In this document: positions 1-9,871 of the stretch, in pieces | How positions within the stretch are numbered: position 1 is the first letter of the stretch | How the letters are laid out: each line of letters starts with the position of its first letter | Source: an uncultured delta proteobacterium | GTDB taxonomy: Bacteria > Myxococcota_A > Polyangia > Palsa-1104 | Direction: 5' to 3' | Length of the DNA: 64,000 nt | NCBI GenBank assembly: GCA_963785725.1 | Contig: CAWAWS010000007.1 | Coordinates: 512,001-576,000 of the forward strand | Translations under genes and position numbers: made by a program | Notes under the pieces: model-generated | Database searches by the model: none | Seen by the model: the letters and a program-made list of their open reading frames with translations, nothing else | What the model was told of the DNA's origin: nothing

Positions 1-19
1 GTTCCGCGATCGCGACCTC

Positions 20-1015
20 ATGCGCGCCGCGCTGTTGCCGACGGCGGTCGTGGCGGCGTTCTGCGTGCTGGTCGCGATTGTGGCGCCGTCGTCGTACCGG
101 CCGGGCGCGATGGTGCGGCGGTTCTACCAGACGTTCGCGTTCTTGGCGCCGTTGCCGTCGCTGTTCCTGGCGAAATATTACGCGCGTATGGCGGTGCTGG
201 CGCGGCACAAGCTCGGCTTTTCGCAGGCGCTGCCTTGCTACGAGCCGCTCCGGCGCGCGGTTTGGCGCACCGTCGGGCAGACGCTGCTCGTCGCGGTCGG
301 GCTGATCCCGGTGACGATGGTGCTGATGCTGGTGCCGCTCGTTGGCCGGCTCGCCATCAACGCGTTGGGCGCGATGTGGGCGCTGCATTGGATCGTCGTC
401 GACGCCTTCGACTCGACGCGCACGTTGGCGCCGGGACAAACGTTGGCCGACCTGGACGCGCTGTCGCTGGCGGCGCCGCGCCCATGGTTCGTGCGGCTGC
501 TGGAAGCGGCGGCGGCGCGGTTGCCGTTCGGCGGCGGTCTTCTGCGTTGGTTCGCGGGCCGCTGCGATCGGCTGGCGCGGCCGTTCCGCGAGGAGATCGC
601 GCTGGTCGAGGCGCATCCGTCGCTGATGGTGGGTTTCGCGCTGTCGACGGCGGCGCTGCTGGCGACGCCGGTGCTGCAGCTGCTGTTTCGGCCGATCGTG
701 CTCATCGGGGCGGCCCACGTGAACGGTCGGCTGGAGCATCAGCCGCCGGCGTTGACCGATGGCGGGGCGGCGGATGGCGCGCACGGGACGGGCACGACGT
801 CCGGCGATACCGTCGCAGCCGCGTCGCAGCATGCCGTGGCTGTTGCGATGGGCACGGCGGCCGCACACGGCGCGACGGCAGCACACGGCGGCGCCGCGTC
901 GACGGGCGCAGCCGACACGACACGGCCGACCGCCGACGCAACGTCGGCGGCGGCAACCGCCGACGCGCCAGTCGCCGCAGCTGCGTCACCGAAAAGCACC
1001 GCCGACGACGCCTAG
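20..1015 (+). CDS. Membrane protein, EI24/CysZ-like, with Ala/Thr-rich C-terminal tail; may start upstream of the window
   Basis: Several hydrophobic segments, GC3-biased frame; family assignment is only a loose resemblance. Confidence 0.5.
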   Translation: MRAALLPTAVVAAFCVLVAIVAPSSYRPGAMVRRFYQTFAFLAPLPSLFLAKYYARMAVLARHKLGFSQALPCYEPLRRAVWRTVGQTLLVAVGLIPVTMVLMLVPLVGRLAINALGAMWALHWIVVDAFDSTRTLAPGQTLADLDALSLAAPRPWFVRLLEAAAARLPFGGGLLRWFAGRCDRLARPFREEIALVEAHPSLMVGFALSTAALLATPVLQLLFRPIVLIGAAHVNGRLEHQPPALTDGGAADGAHGTGTTSGDTVAAASQHAVAVAMGTAAAHGATAAHGGAASTGAADTTRPTADATSAAATADAPVAAAASPKSTADDA

Positions 1016-1700
1016 CAGCTGCCGCCATCGAAGTTGACCGTCGCCATTCGAAGATTCGCACTACGAAATCAGCGGCCGAAGCTTGGCGGCCTACGGTCTT
1101 ATATGGAACGTCGATAGCTGAAGGTCGCAGCCGACAATCTCACGACGTCGATCGACTGCTGAAGACCGGCGAATGTAGCTCGTCATGTGCGCGTGCCAGC
1201 GGTCGTTGTCAGCAGACGGTCGACAGCGTCGGCGATTGAACGTCGGCGGTCGGATATCGCGTCTTGCAGGCGGCAATCCAAGGTCGACAGCCAAAGATTG
1301 CGGCTGAACGCACGAGCGTCGACAGCCGACGATCGCGGCCGAAGCAACAGCGGAAAGTCGATAGTAAAGCTCGGCGACTTCGGCAGCTGAAGCGAGGTCC
1401 GGTGGTGGAAGGTCGGCACTTGAGCTTCGACAGCTGACCGCCGGCGGTTCTACCGTCGATAGTCGAAGGCGGGACCGAGCGCTAGCACCTCGGTTTTGAT
1501 CGCCAAGGTCGGCGGTCGGCGCGGAGATGGCCGCGGGTCGGCGGCTGAACGTGAGCCGTCCAGGTTCGACAGCCGAGCGTCGGCGGTTGAAGCTTGGGTG
1601 GCCGAACGTCGGACCCGAGGTCGATGCCGCGATGAGATCGGTCGGCGCTCGGCGGCGTCAGCGACTACAATTGGTGACGCAGGTGATTCATACTCGGCGT

Positions 1701-3734
1701 GTGAGACGGCTGGCTGGCTTCGGCTGCGCGCTGGCGCTGCTGGCGGCGGCGCCGTCGCCTGCGGCCGCGGACGAGCAGACGTGGGTGCACGTCGGCGACG
1801 CCGCGCGAATGACGTGCGGCACGGCCCCGGCCGGCTGGCAGCGCGCGGACTTCGACGACCGCGCGTGGGTCGAGCGGCCAATCGTCTTCGAGCGGCATGA
1901 CAACGCGGCCGCGGCGGCTGCTGTTCCAGGCGAGACGGCCGATGCGCGCGCGCCGGCTGCGGCCACCGACGCGCCGACGAGCGCAGCCGCTCCGTCGCGT
2001 GCGACAAAGCCGGCGCCGCGGACGGCCGGAGCCGGCGCGCCCTCGACCGCTTCACCGAGCGCGCTCGGCGGCGCCACCTCGTCGTCTGGCACGCGCACCG
2101 CCTCCGCGACCGACGACCTCAACCGCACGTCGACCGCCGCCGATGCAGGCGTCGCCAGCTGTGTCGGCGCCCGCTTCGTCCGCTGGCACTTCACGGCCGA
2201 TGCGCGCGCGCTCGCCGCTCTGCGCGCCCTCACGCTGCGCGTTCGTTACACCCACGGCTTCGCCGCCTACCTCGACGGCACGGAGATCGCCCGCCGTCGC
2301 CTCGACGCCACGGCCGGCCCCGACGGTCTCGCCAGCGACGTCCACGGCCTCGAGTTCGAGAGCTTCGCCCTCGCCGCGCGCGGTCTGCTTCACGCGGGTG
2401 AAAACGTCCTCGCCATCGAGGTCCATCCGCACACCGCCGGACGCGCGACGTCGCTCGAGGCCTCGCTCGGCGGCGACGAAGGCCCGCGCCTGATCCGCGG
2501 CCCTTATCTGCTCGGTGTGCGCGAAAACGAAGCGACGATCGTCGTCGACACCGACCTGCCCACGACCGTCGCGCTCGGCTGGGGATCGCGCGCCGACTAC
2601 GGCTCGACCGCCACCGATCCGCTCGGCGTCCACCACGTCATCAAGCTGACGAAGCTCAAGCCCGGCGCCGTCTACCACTACCGCGTCCGCGCTCGAATGC
2701 TCGAAAATGCGCAATTGCACAACGAAAATGCGCAAACGCAAAATGCCAATGTGCAATTGCACAATGAAGATGCCCAAACCACAAATTATAATGTGCGTTC
2801 GCACAATGAAAATGCGCAAACGCCAAATTATAATGTGCGATCGCACAATGAAGAGGCGAAGTCAGATAGTGTGAAGGAGTCTTCGGCGGCGGTGGTCGAC
2901 AGCGGCGACGTGGCGTTTCACACGCCGCCGGAATCGGGACGGCCGCTGCGCTTTGCCGTCTACGGCGACGTTCGGTCGGGGCACGACATTCACGCCGAGC
3001 TCAACCGCTCCCTCATCGAAGAGCAGCCGGATTTTGCCATCCTGACCGGCGATCTCGTCGATCGCGGCACCGACGAAGGGGAGTGGGAGAGCTTCTTCGA
3101 AGTGGCCGCGCCGCTGCTGCGTCAGGTCTGTATCTTCCCGGCGATTGGGAACCACGAGTATGCCAAGCAGGGCCATGGGCTCGCGGCGTTCATGCAATTT
3201 TTTCGCTGGCCCATCGCCGGCGCCGACGAGCCGTCTTGGTACAGCTACGACATCGCGGGCGCGCATTTCGTGGCACTGGACAGCGATCAGTACAAGTCGC
3301 CGCGGCAGCTCGGCTGGTTCGAGCACGACCTGAAGGAAGCGCGTCGCCGCCGCGTCCGCGCCATCTTCGTCTACGCGCACGAAGGGCCGGCGTCGTCGGG
3401 GCTGCACGGCGACAACCCGATCTGCGTGCGCGACTACGTGCCCATCATGCAGCGCTATCGGGTGTCGATGTTCTTCGGCGGCCACGATCACGACTACGAG
3501 CGCGGCCGCACCGGCACACTCGACTACGTCGTCACCGGCGGCGGCGGCGCCGAGCTGCGCGCGGCCAGATGCGGCGTGCCGGGAAAGCGTCCTTGTCCCG
3601 CGCGCTGCGCCATCTTCGTCAACGACCACAACTACGTCATGGTCGAGCTGCTCCCGTCGCTGTTCCGCGTCTGCCCCAAGCGCGTCGATGGCACCCCGAT
3701 CGAAGCGTGCATCCAATACCCGCTGCATCAATAA
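1701..3734 (+). CDS. Secreted purple-acid-phosphatase-like metallophosphoesterase with FN3-like domain
   Basis: Signal peptide after GTG 1701; motifs GDVR, TGDLV, GNHE, AHEG, GHDHDYER; start inferred. Confidence 0.8.
   Translation: MRRLAGFGCALALLAAAPSPAAADEQTWVHVGDAARMTCGTAPAGWQRADFDDRAWVERPIVFERHDNAAAAAAVPGETADARAPAAATDAPTSAAAPSRATKPAPRTAGAGAPSTASPSALGGATSSSGTRTASATDDLNRTSTAADAGVASCVGARFVRWHFTADARALAALRALTLRVRYTHGFAAYLDGTEIARRRLDATAGPDGLASDVHGLEFESFALAARGLLHAGENVLAIEVHPHTAGRATSLEASLGGDEGPRLIRGPYLLGVRENEATIVVDTDLPTTVALGWGSRADYGSTATDPLGVHHVIKLTKLKPGAVYHYRVRARMLENAQLHNENAQTQNANVQLHNEDAQTTNYNVRSHNENAQTPNYNVRSHNEEAKSDSVKESSAAVVDSGDVAFHTPPESGRPLRFAVYGDVRSGHDIHAELNRSLIEEQPDFAILTGDLVDRGTDEGEWESFFEVAAPLLRQVCIFPAIGNHEYAKQGHGLAAFMQFFRWPIAGADEPSWYSYDIAGAHFVALDSDQYKSPRQLGWFEHDLKEARRRRVRAIFVYAHEGPASSGLHGDNPICVRDYVPIMQRYRVSMFFGGHDHDYERGRTGTLDYVVTGGGGAELRAARCGVPGKRPCPARCAIFVNDHNYVMVELLPSLFRVCPKRVDGTPIEACIQYPLHQ
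2707..2848. repeat. 7 x 21-bp array of 16-bp palindrome, in frame inside the phosphoesterase
   Basis: Units start 2707, 2728, 2749, 2770, 2791, 2812, 2833, e.g. ATGTGCAATTGCACAA, ATGTGCGATCGCACAA. Confidence 0.9.
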
Positions 3735-3858
3735 GCGCGCGCCTAATTGTGCGTTTGCGTCATACCGGCCGCGGTGTCGCTCGCGGGCTCGTCATGCCGT
3801 GTCGTACGACTCTGTCGAGGTGAGGTGCCGTGACGATACCGGGTGACGCTGACGCGCG

Positions 3859-4530
3859 CTACGTCGTGCGCTTGATCGGCCGAGGGGCGTTCTTGCCCGT
3901 GCGCAGCGCGATGAACGCCGCTTCGTCTTTGCACAGCAGGTAAGGATTCGACGTGCGCTCCCAGCCAATCGTCGAGGTCGGCGTCTGCCCGTAATCGTGG
4001 CCCGGCCAGACGCGCGTCTCTTCCGGCAGTGACGCCAGTCGCTGCAGGCTGCGCCACATCGTCGGCGCGTCGCCGCCGGGAAAATCGGTGCGCCCACAAC
4101 CGCCGATGAACAGCGTGTCGCCGGTGAAGACGTTGCCGTCGACGAGATACGACGTTCCGGAGACGGTGTGGCCCGGCGTCGCCAGCGCCTCGATGCGCAG
4201 CGCACCGACGGCGATCGTCTCGCCGCCGCGCAACGGGGTCACCTGCGCCGAGGGCGCCGCCCGCGCCAGCGCCTCGGCCTCGCCCACGCCGACGTAGACC
4301 TTGGCGCCCGTCGCGCGCACGATCTCCTCGACGCCGTCGACGTGATCGTGATGCGTGTGCGTGACGAGGACGATCTCGATTCGCCAACCGCGCTTCGCCG
4401 CCTCTTTCAGCAGCCGATCGACCTCGAACGCCGGATCGACGACGGCGCACACACGCGCCTCGCTGTCTGCAATTAGCTCATTGAAATTACTCATCAAGCC
4501 GACTTCGGTCTGGAATATTTCGAGCGCCAT
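3859..4530 (-). CDS. MBL-fold hydrolase (glyoxalase II/persulfide dioxygenase-like)
   Basis: THTHHDH, TPGHT, FTGDTLF, GCGRTDFPGG, WPGHDY; AGGAG RBS before ATG 4530. Confidence 0.85.
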   Translation of the reverse strand: MALEIFQTEVGLMSNFNELIADSEARVCAVVDPAFEVDRLLKEAAKRGWRIEIVLVTHTHHDHVDGVEEIVRATGAKVYVGVGEAEALARAAPSAQVTPLRGGETIAVGALRIEALATPGHTVSGTSYLVDGNVFTGDTLFIGGCGRTDFPGGDAPTMWRSLQRLASLPEETRVWPGHDYGQTPTSTIGWERTSNPYLLCKDEAAFIALRTGKNAPRPIKRTT

Positions 4531-4763
4531 CTTGACTCCTCTCGCCTCGCCCTCACAACAGTAGGGTCGGGAAACGCCGCTGCACCGTACCCCCTGCGGC
4601 GCCTTGGCGGTCCGACACATTGGCTGGCTCGATCGCGCTGTACCCCCCTGCGGCGCGATCGCAGCCGGCCGTTTTTATTCGCGCGCGACCGCGTTCTCCC
4701 GTCGCCGTATGAACGCGGCTCGCTCGGCCGCGTCATGACCCGAAAGCTGGCCACCGCGCGCCA

Positions 4764-4826
4764 TTGTGCAACTGCGTAATAAACAGTAATTATGCAGTTG
4801 CGTAATATCGTGGTGCATTTGCGCAA
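4764..4826. repeat. Three 16-bp palindrome copies upstream of metF
   Basis: 4764 TTGTGCAACTGCGTAA, 4790 TTATGCAGTTGCGTAA, 4811 TGGTGCATTTGCGCAA. Confidence 0.8.
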
Positions 4827-4880
4827 TTACGTCGACGTGCGGCTGCGTCATCGCGCCGAGCATGGTAGCCTTTCGCGGCC

Positions 4881-5765
4881 ATGAAGATCGTCGATCGTTT
4901 ACGGCAAGGCGGCGCGCCTTGTTTCTCCTTCGAGTTCTTTCCGCCCAAGAGCGAGGAGGGCGTGGCGCAGCTCTTCACGACGCTGCGCGAGCTGCAGGAC
5001 CTGGCGCCGGCGTTCGTCTCCGTCACCTACGGCGCGGGCGGATCGACGCGGCAGATGACGGTCGACCTCGTGTCGGCGATCAAGCGCGAAACCGGCATCG
5101 AGGCGATGGCGCACCTGACTTGTGTCGGGCATGGCCGCGCCGAGCTGGCCGAGGTGCTCGAGCGGCTGCGCGTCGCCGGCGTCGACAACGTCCTCGCGCT
5201 GCGCGGCGATCCGCCCATCGATCAGCCGACGTTCGTGACGGCGCCGGATGGCTTCAGCCACGCCAACGAGCTCATCGAGTTCATTCGCAGTCGCGATCTC
5301 CCATTCAGCCTGGGCGCTGCTTGTTATCCCGAGTCGCATTTGGAATCGACCGCGCTCGAGGACGATCTCCTGCATACGCGGCGTAAAGTCGATGCCGGCG
5401 CCGAATTCCTCATTACGCAGCTGTTCTTCGATAACGCTTATTACTTCCATTTCGTCGAGCGTGCGCGCAAAGCGGGAATTCAATGCCCGATAGTTCCCGG
5501 GCTGATGCCGATAACGAATTTCGCGCAGATCGAGCGGATTACGCGCATGTGCGGCGCGACGGTGCCGATGCGACTGCGACTGGCGCTGGAGAAGCGCAAG
5601 AACGATCCCGAGGCGATTTTGCAGCTCGGCGTGGCGCACGCGACGTTGCAAGCGGCCGATCTGTTGGCCAATGGCGCGCCGGGCGTGCACTTCTACACGC
5701 TCAATCGCTCGCGCGCGTCACGCATGATCGTGACGGCGCTGCAGGTCCAGCGTTCGAGCGACTGA
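4881..5765 (+). CDS. metF: 5,10-methylenetetrahydrofolate reductase
   Basis: SFEFFPPK, SVTYGAGGS, HLTC, LALRGDPP, ITQLFFD, HFYTLN. Confidence 0.95.
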   Translation: MKIVDRLRQGGAPCFSFEFFPPKSEEGVAQLFTTLRELQDLAPAFVSVTYGAGGSTRQMTVDLVSAIKRETGIEAMAHLTCVGHGRAELAEVLERLRVAGVDNVLALRGDPPIDQPTFVTAPDGFSHANELIEFIRSRDLPFSLGAACYPESHLESTALEDDLLHTRRKVDAGAEFLITQLFFDNAYYFHFVERARKAGIQCPIVPGLMPITNFAQIERITRMCGATVPMRLRLALEKRKNDPEAILQLGVAHATLQAADLLANGAPGVHFYTLNRSRASRMIVTALQVQRSSD

Positions 5766-6175
5766 TGGCCAGCGAGTCGCGACTCGATATCGAATATTCG
5801 AGCGACTGAGAGCCGGCGAGGCGCGGCTCTCAGTCGAAATACGATCGCCGCCGCGAAAATCGCGAGCGAATTAGAGCTCAGGCCTGCGACGGCAGATGGC
5901 GCGCAGTCGGCTAGCTAGGTGGCGAGATCGATTCTGTGAACGGCTTTACGTCTAGGCGACAGACGAATGCCTCAGTAGATGAGCGTCGAAGGCGACTAAC
6001 GGGCTGAATCATCGACGAGCCGGGATGCGACGGTCGCGCTGTCGGCACAGCTTCGCCATCGACAGTCGCCAGTTGAATCGACTGTCGTCCCCCATTTCTA
6101 CCGGCCCAGCCGACTTTCCGGCGTCTCGCGCGCGACCTTCGTCGACGACGATGACGCCGATCGCGACGCGCTCGA

Positions 6176-6568
6176 TTACTGCGCTGTCGCCTGCGCCATC
6201 GGGAAGTCGGCGGCGCGCAGCGCTCGCGTGACCTCCTCACACGGCGTGCCCGCCGTCAGCGCGCTCTGCTGCTGCACGACCGTCGCCTGCAGTCGCTCCG
6301 ACTTCAGGTACGTGTCCTTCAGCAGCGCCGACGGCTCACCCTGAAACGCCGGCGCTTCACATTTCTGCGCGTACGTCGCGCGGAACTGGTCGAGCTGCGT
6401 CATCAGTGCGCCATCCTCCTTCCCCGAATGGATCGTGTACGCCACCACGCCGATTCCGATCGCCAGCGTTGCCACCACGATCGCCGCGTTGCGCCCCAAA
6501 TGAGACGCCGCGCCGATCTTCAGGTGGCCTCCCGTCACGTCGCCCAAATCCCCACTCGCCACACTCAT
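6176..6568 (-). CDS. Hypothetical single-TM protein
   Basis: One hydrophobic helix, plausible codon bias, GGAGGG-like RBS. Confidence 0.6.
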   Translation of the reverse strand: MSVASGDLGDVTGGHLKIGAASHLGRNAAIVVATLAIGIGVVAYTIHSGKEDGALMTQLDQFRATYAQKCEAPAFQGEPSALLKDTYLKSERLQATVVQQQSALTAGTPCEEVTRALRAADFPMAQATAQ

Positions 6569-6642
6569 CGTCGCCCTCCGTGGCGCCGCTCGGACGCCTC
6601 TACTTGGACCCTGCGCCCGACCCCAACCGCTGTCAAGCTCGG

Positions 6643-6892
6643 TTGTGCGACTGCATAATAAAAATGTGCAACCGCGTTATAAATTCACAGCTGCAGCGAA
6701 ACAGAGGCCTCGACGTGGCTTCCGCTCAATCGCGAACGAGGTTTCGGGCGGTCAACGTGCAAAAGCAAAATATCGCGCAGAGCGTCATCGGCGATCGCGG
6801 CCGCGACTTGGTCGCGGGCGGACGACGCGGCGGCGGTCGCCCCGGCGTCGCAAATTGTGCGATCGCACCATGTTTGCGGTGCATTTGCACAA
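6643..6892. repeat. Two pairs of 16-bp palindromes upstream of phaR-like gene
   Basis: 6643 and 6664 (21 bp apart); 6855 and 6877 (22 bp apart). Confidence 0.8.
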
Positions 6893-6923
6893 TATGTTAG
6901 CCTGCGTTCGATCGGAGGCCGGC

Positions 6924-7535
6924 GTGAGCAGCAAGGCGAGAGCGGCGAAGGGCAATAAAGGCGGCAGCGTCAAGTCGGCCGGCGCGCGCGCCGGTAAGCC
7001 GACCGCGACGGCCGAGGTCAAACGCAAGCGAGGGCGGCCGCCGCGGGCGCAGGCGGAGGCGACGCAGCAGGCGTTTCCCGGCGAGCGCATGATCCATCGC
7101 TACGGCAATCGTCGCTTTTACGATCTGGCGCAGTCGCGCGCGGTCACGATGGAGCAGATCGGCGACCTCGTCCGCGACAAGCAGAACGTGCGCATCCTCG
7201 ACGTCGAGCGCGGCAACGCCGACATCACGCGCCGGGTGATGCTGCAGATCTTGATGGAGTCGGGCGCGCAGCTGGACGCCGTTCCCGTCGAGTTTCTGCG
7301 CAAGCTCATCGTGCCGTTCGAGAAGCACACGGCCGGCTGGGTGCACAATTACCTGACGAAGGGGCTCGATTCGTTGGAGCGCGCCGAGCGGCAGGGCAAG
7401 GTGCCGGACAGCGACGGGCCGATGGCGAAGGGCGTCGTGGAGTACGTGCCGCAGGCCGACTACCGGCAGCAAATGGCCAAGGCCGACATCACGCGCAAGA
7501 TCGACGAGCTGCGCCGCAAGCTCGACGATATCTAG
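6924..7535 (+). CDS. PhaR/AniA-family (PHB accumulation regulator DNA-binding domain) protein with basic N-terminal tail and AT-hook
   Basis: IHRYGNRRFYD...VTMEQI...DITRRVMLQILME and VPVEFLRKLI match PhaR; KRKRGRPPR AT-hook; GGAGG RBS before GTG 6924. Confidence 0.8.
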   Translation: MSSKARAAKGNKGGSVKSAGARAGKPTATAEVKRKRGRPPRAQAEATQQAFPGERMIHRYGNRRFYDLAQSRAVTMEQIGDLVRDKQNVRILDVERGNADITRRVMLQILMESGAQLDAVPVEFLRKLIVPFEKHTAGWVHNYLTKGLDSLERAERQGKVPDSDGPMAKGVVEYVPQADYRQQMAKADITRKIDELRRKLDDI

Positions 7536-7687
7536 CCCGCGGCGCCTGTTTCGCCGCGTCGACGGCGCGGGCTCGTGGGCGGCGCTCGACTTGGAGTGAC
7601 CTCGCGTCGAGGCGCGCTACTTCACGCGAACGTGACCTACGGCGCACGGACCTGCGATCGGCGCGACCGAGAATCGCCGCGCGGCTG

Positions 7688-9871
7688 CTACTTCACGCGA
7701 AACGTGACTTGCAGCGCGCCGACATTGTCTGCCGCGTCCACCGCGCGCACCGCCAGCGAATGCGTGCCCGCGACGAGCCCGCTCGGCAGCTTCACGCTGA
7801 ACTCCTCGTTCGGATCGTCGAGAATCCCGTCCTTGGGCGCGAACGGCTGCCAATCGCCGCCGTCGACCGAGTACGCCAGATCCGAGATCGTCGAGAAGCT
7901 GTCGCGCGCACGCCCGCTCGCCCACGGATACGCCACCTTCAGATCGAGCAGCTCGGGCTTGCGGTTGTCGACGAGGAACGGCGTCGACGCCAGGCTATGC
8001 TCGAGCGCCTCCTCGCGCGGATTGGAGCGCTCGTCGGACGCCACCACCTTGACGACATAATTTCCGTCGGGAATCGACTCGGTGTTCCACTCGTAATCGG
8101 TGCGCGTCAAAGGCTCGGATCCGCCGAGCGGCTTCCAATTGCTCTCGCTCTCCTCGCGGAAATAGAGCCGATAGATGAGATCGTCGTCGTCGGGATTCTC
8201 GACGCGCCAGCGCAGCTTGACGACCGGCGACCGCGGCTTGGTCGCGCGCACGAACGCCGACGGTCGCCGCGCCTGCGTCTCCTCGCCGACGGTGAGCTCG
8301 GTGATGCGCGGCGGCTGATTCTTCGGCTGATAATAGGTCGTCAAATCGCGCAGCACCGTATGTGTCGCCGCGAAATTGACTCGCACCTGCAGATAGCGGC
8401 CATCCGGCGACGCGATATGGCCGACACCGCCGTCGCCCGTCTTCTCCATACGCAGCGGCGCCGTCCAGCCGCTCCACGTCTTGTCGGGATGCGACGTGTT
8501 GCCGGCGCGCGTCTCCAGCGTCAGCTGCCCGTGCCCGCTCCAGCGCACGTTGCCCCAGCGCGCCGGAAACTGCGCGTCGTAGACCTTGGTGACGTAATGC
8601 GAATCCTTGGGCGGATCGGCGCTGACACGATAAAGCGCGCCCGCGTCACCGGTTCCGATCAGCCCGTTTGGTGCACTTGCACCATGGTTTTGTGCAAACG
8701 CATCAAGCGACATCGTCAACACTTGGCGCTCCGGCAGATCGAGCGCCGTAATCACCGTGCGATCGGGGCGAATGAGGTAGACGCGGCCGTTGGAGCCGCT
8801 CGCCGCCCACACGTTGCCGTCGCTGTCGGCGAACACGGCGGTGAAGTAGCCGTCGGCGAGCGCGTGCAGCTGCTCGACGCGGCCGTCGGGATCGAGCCGG
8901 TAGATGGCGCCGCGGCCGCGGCGATCGCGGGTCAGCGACGCCGTCGTCGCCGGCGCGGCCGGTGTCGCCGGCAGCACCATCTTCGTGCCGTGCGGCGCGT
9001 CCGGTCCCGTCGAGACGGCGGGCGCGGTCGTTCCGGTGCGCTGGAACTCGTTGACGGCGACGTAGGTGACGTTGCCGCGGCGGGAGATGGCGCGCACCTC
9101 GTCGCCGTCGAAGTCGTGCAGCGCTTGCACCGTCGCGCCGTTCGCGGTGGGGACGATGCGATACAAGATGGCCTGATCGGCCGAGCCGGCGAGCAGCGCG
9201 CCGTCGTCGGCGCGCGCGAGCGACAGGAGGTGCTTCTCGCCGGTCTCGTAGACGAGCCGATCGCGGCGCCCGAACGACGGCCGATCGAGGTGCGACGCGT
9301 CGATGGCGAAGAGGCGCCCCGCCGGCCCGGTGGCGGCGTACAGCGTCTGCTTGGCTTCGTCGTAGGTCATCGCCCACACGTGCTCGGCGTCGAGCTTGGC
9401 CAGCTCCCGCGCCTTGCCGTCGCGGTCGATGAGATAGACGCGCCCGCCCGGCATCGTGCCCGCGAAGACGCTGCCGTTGGGGCCGACCGCCAGCGACGAG
9501 ACGAGGATCGCGTCTAGCTTGCACAGCCGCCGCAGCTTGCCCTTCTGATAGACGTAGACGACGCCCTGATCGCCGGTGCCGACGAAGACGGTGCCGTCCG
9601 CGCTGCTCGCCGTCGTGTACACGACCGACTCGTTGACCTCGATGCGCGTGGCGCTGAAGCCGCTCGTGGCCTCGCCCAGCGACGAGAGCAAGACGCCGGT
9701 CGATTCGCCTTCGTCGAAGTCTTTATAGCTGGTGATGCGCCAGGCGCGCGTGCCGCCGGCGAACGCAGCCTTTGTGGTGCAAATGCATAATAATGTGATG
9801 CAAACGCACAATAAGGCCGTCAGCTTGCGGAGAGATATTTTGCGATCGCACAACGAAGGCGCGGGCGTCAC
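7688..9871 (-). CDS. Secreted beta-propeller protein with C-terminal FN3/Ig-like domains
   Basis: Repeated xVGTG/AATG..G.(L/V)Y blades, signal peptide; ATGA overlap with upstream S55 gene. Confidence 0.7.
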   Translation of the reverse strand: MTPAPSLCDRKISLRKLTALLCVCITLLCICTTKAAFAGGTRAWRITSYKDFDEGESTGVLLSSLGEATSGFSATRIEVNESVVYTTASSADGTVFVGTGDQGVVYVYQKGKLRRLCKLDAILVSSLAVGPNGSVFAGTMPGGRVYLIDRDGKARELAKLDAEHVWAMTYDEAKQTLYAATGPAGRLFAIDASHLDRPSFGRRDRLVYETGEKHLLSLARADDGALLAGSADQAILYRIVPTANGATVQALHDFDGDEVRAISRRGNVTYVAVNEFQRTGTTAPAVSTGPDAPHGTKMVLPATPAAPATTASLTRDRRGRGAIYRLDPDGRVEQLHALADGYFTAVFADSDGNVWAASGSNGRVYLIRPDRTVITALDLPERQVLTMSLDAFAQNHGASAPNGLIGTGDAGALYRVSADPPKDSHYVTKVYDAQFPARWGNVRWSGHGQLTLETRAGNTSHPDKTWSGWTAPLRMEKTGDGGVGHIASPDGRYLQVRVNFAATHTVLRDLTTYYQPKNQPPRITELTVGEETQARRPSAFVRATKPRSPVVKLRWRVENPDDDDLIYRLYFREESESNWKPLGGSEPLTRTDYEWNTESIPDGNYVVKVVASDERSNPREEALEHSLASTPFLVDNRKPELLDLKVAYPWASGRARDSFSTISDLAYSVDGGDWQPFAPKDGILDDPNEEFSVKLPSGLVAGTHSLAVRAVDAADNVGALQVTFRVK
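8669..8705. repeat. Pair of 16-bp palindromes (21-bp period) inside CDS
   Basis: TGGTGCACTTGCACCA and TTGTGCAAACGCATCA; encode DAFAQNHGASAP. Confidence 0.8.
9775..9853. repeat. Three 16-bp palindromes in signal-peptide coding region
   Basis: 9775, 9796 (+21), 9838 (+42). Confidence 0.8.

Noticed and set aside
4680..4880. SAM or SAH riboswitch upstream of metF
   Set aside because: No recognisable consensus; the hairpin at 4768-4801 is explained by two palindrome copies
6645..6923. N-terminal extension of the phaR-like ORF (MRLHNKNVQ...)
   Set aside because: Merely reads through the palindromes; RBS and GTG at 6924 are a better start
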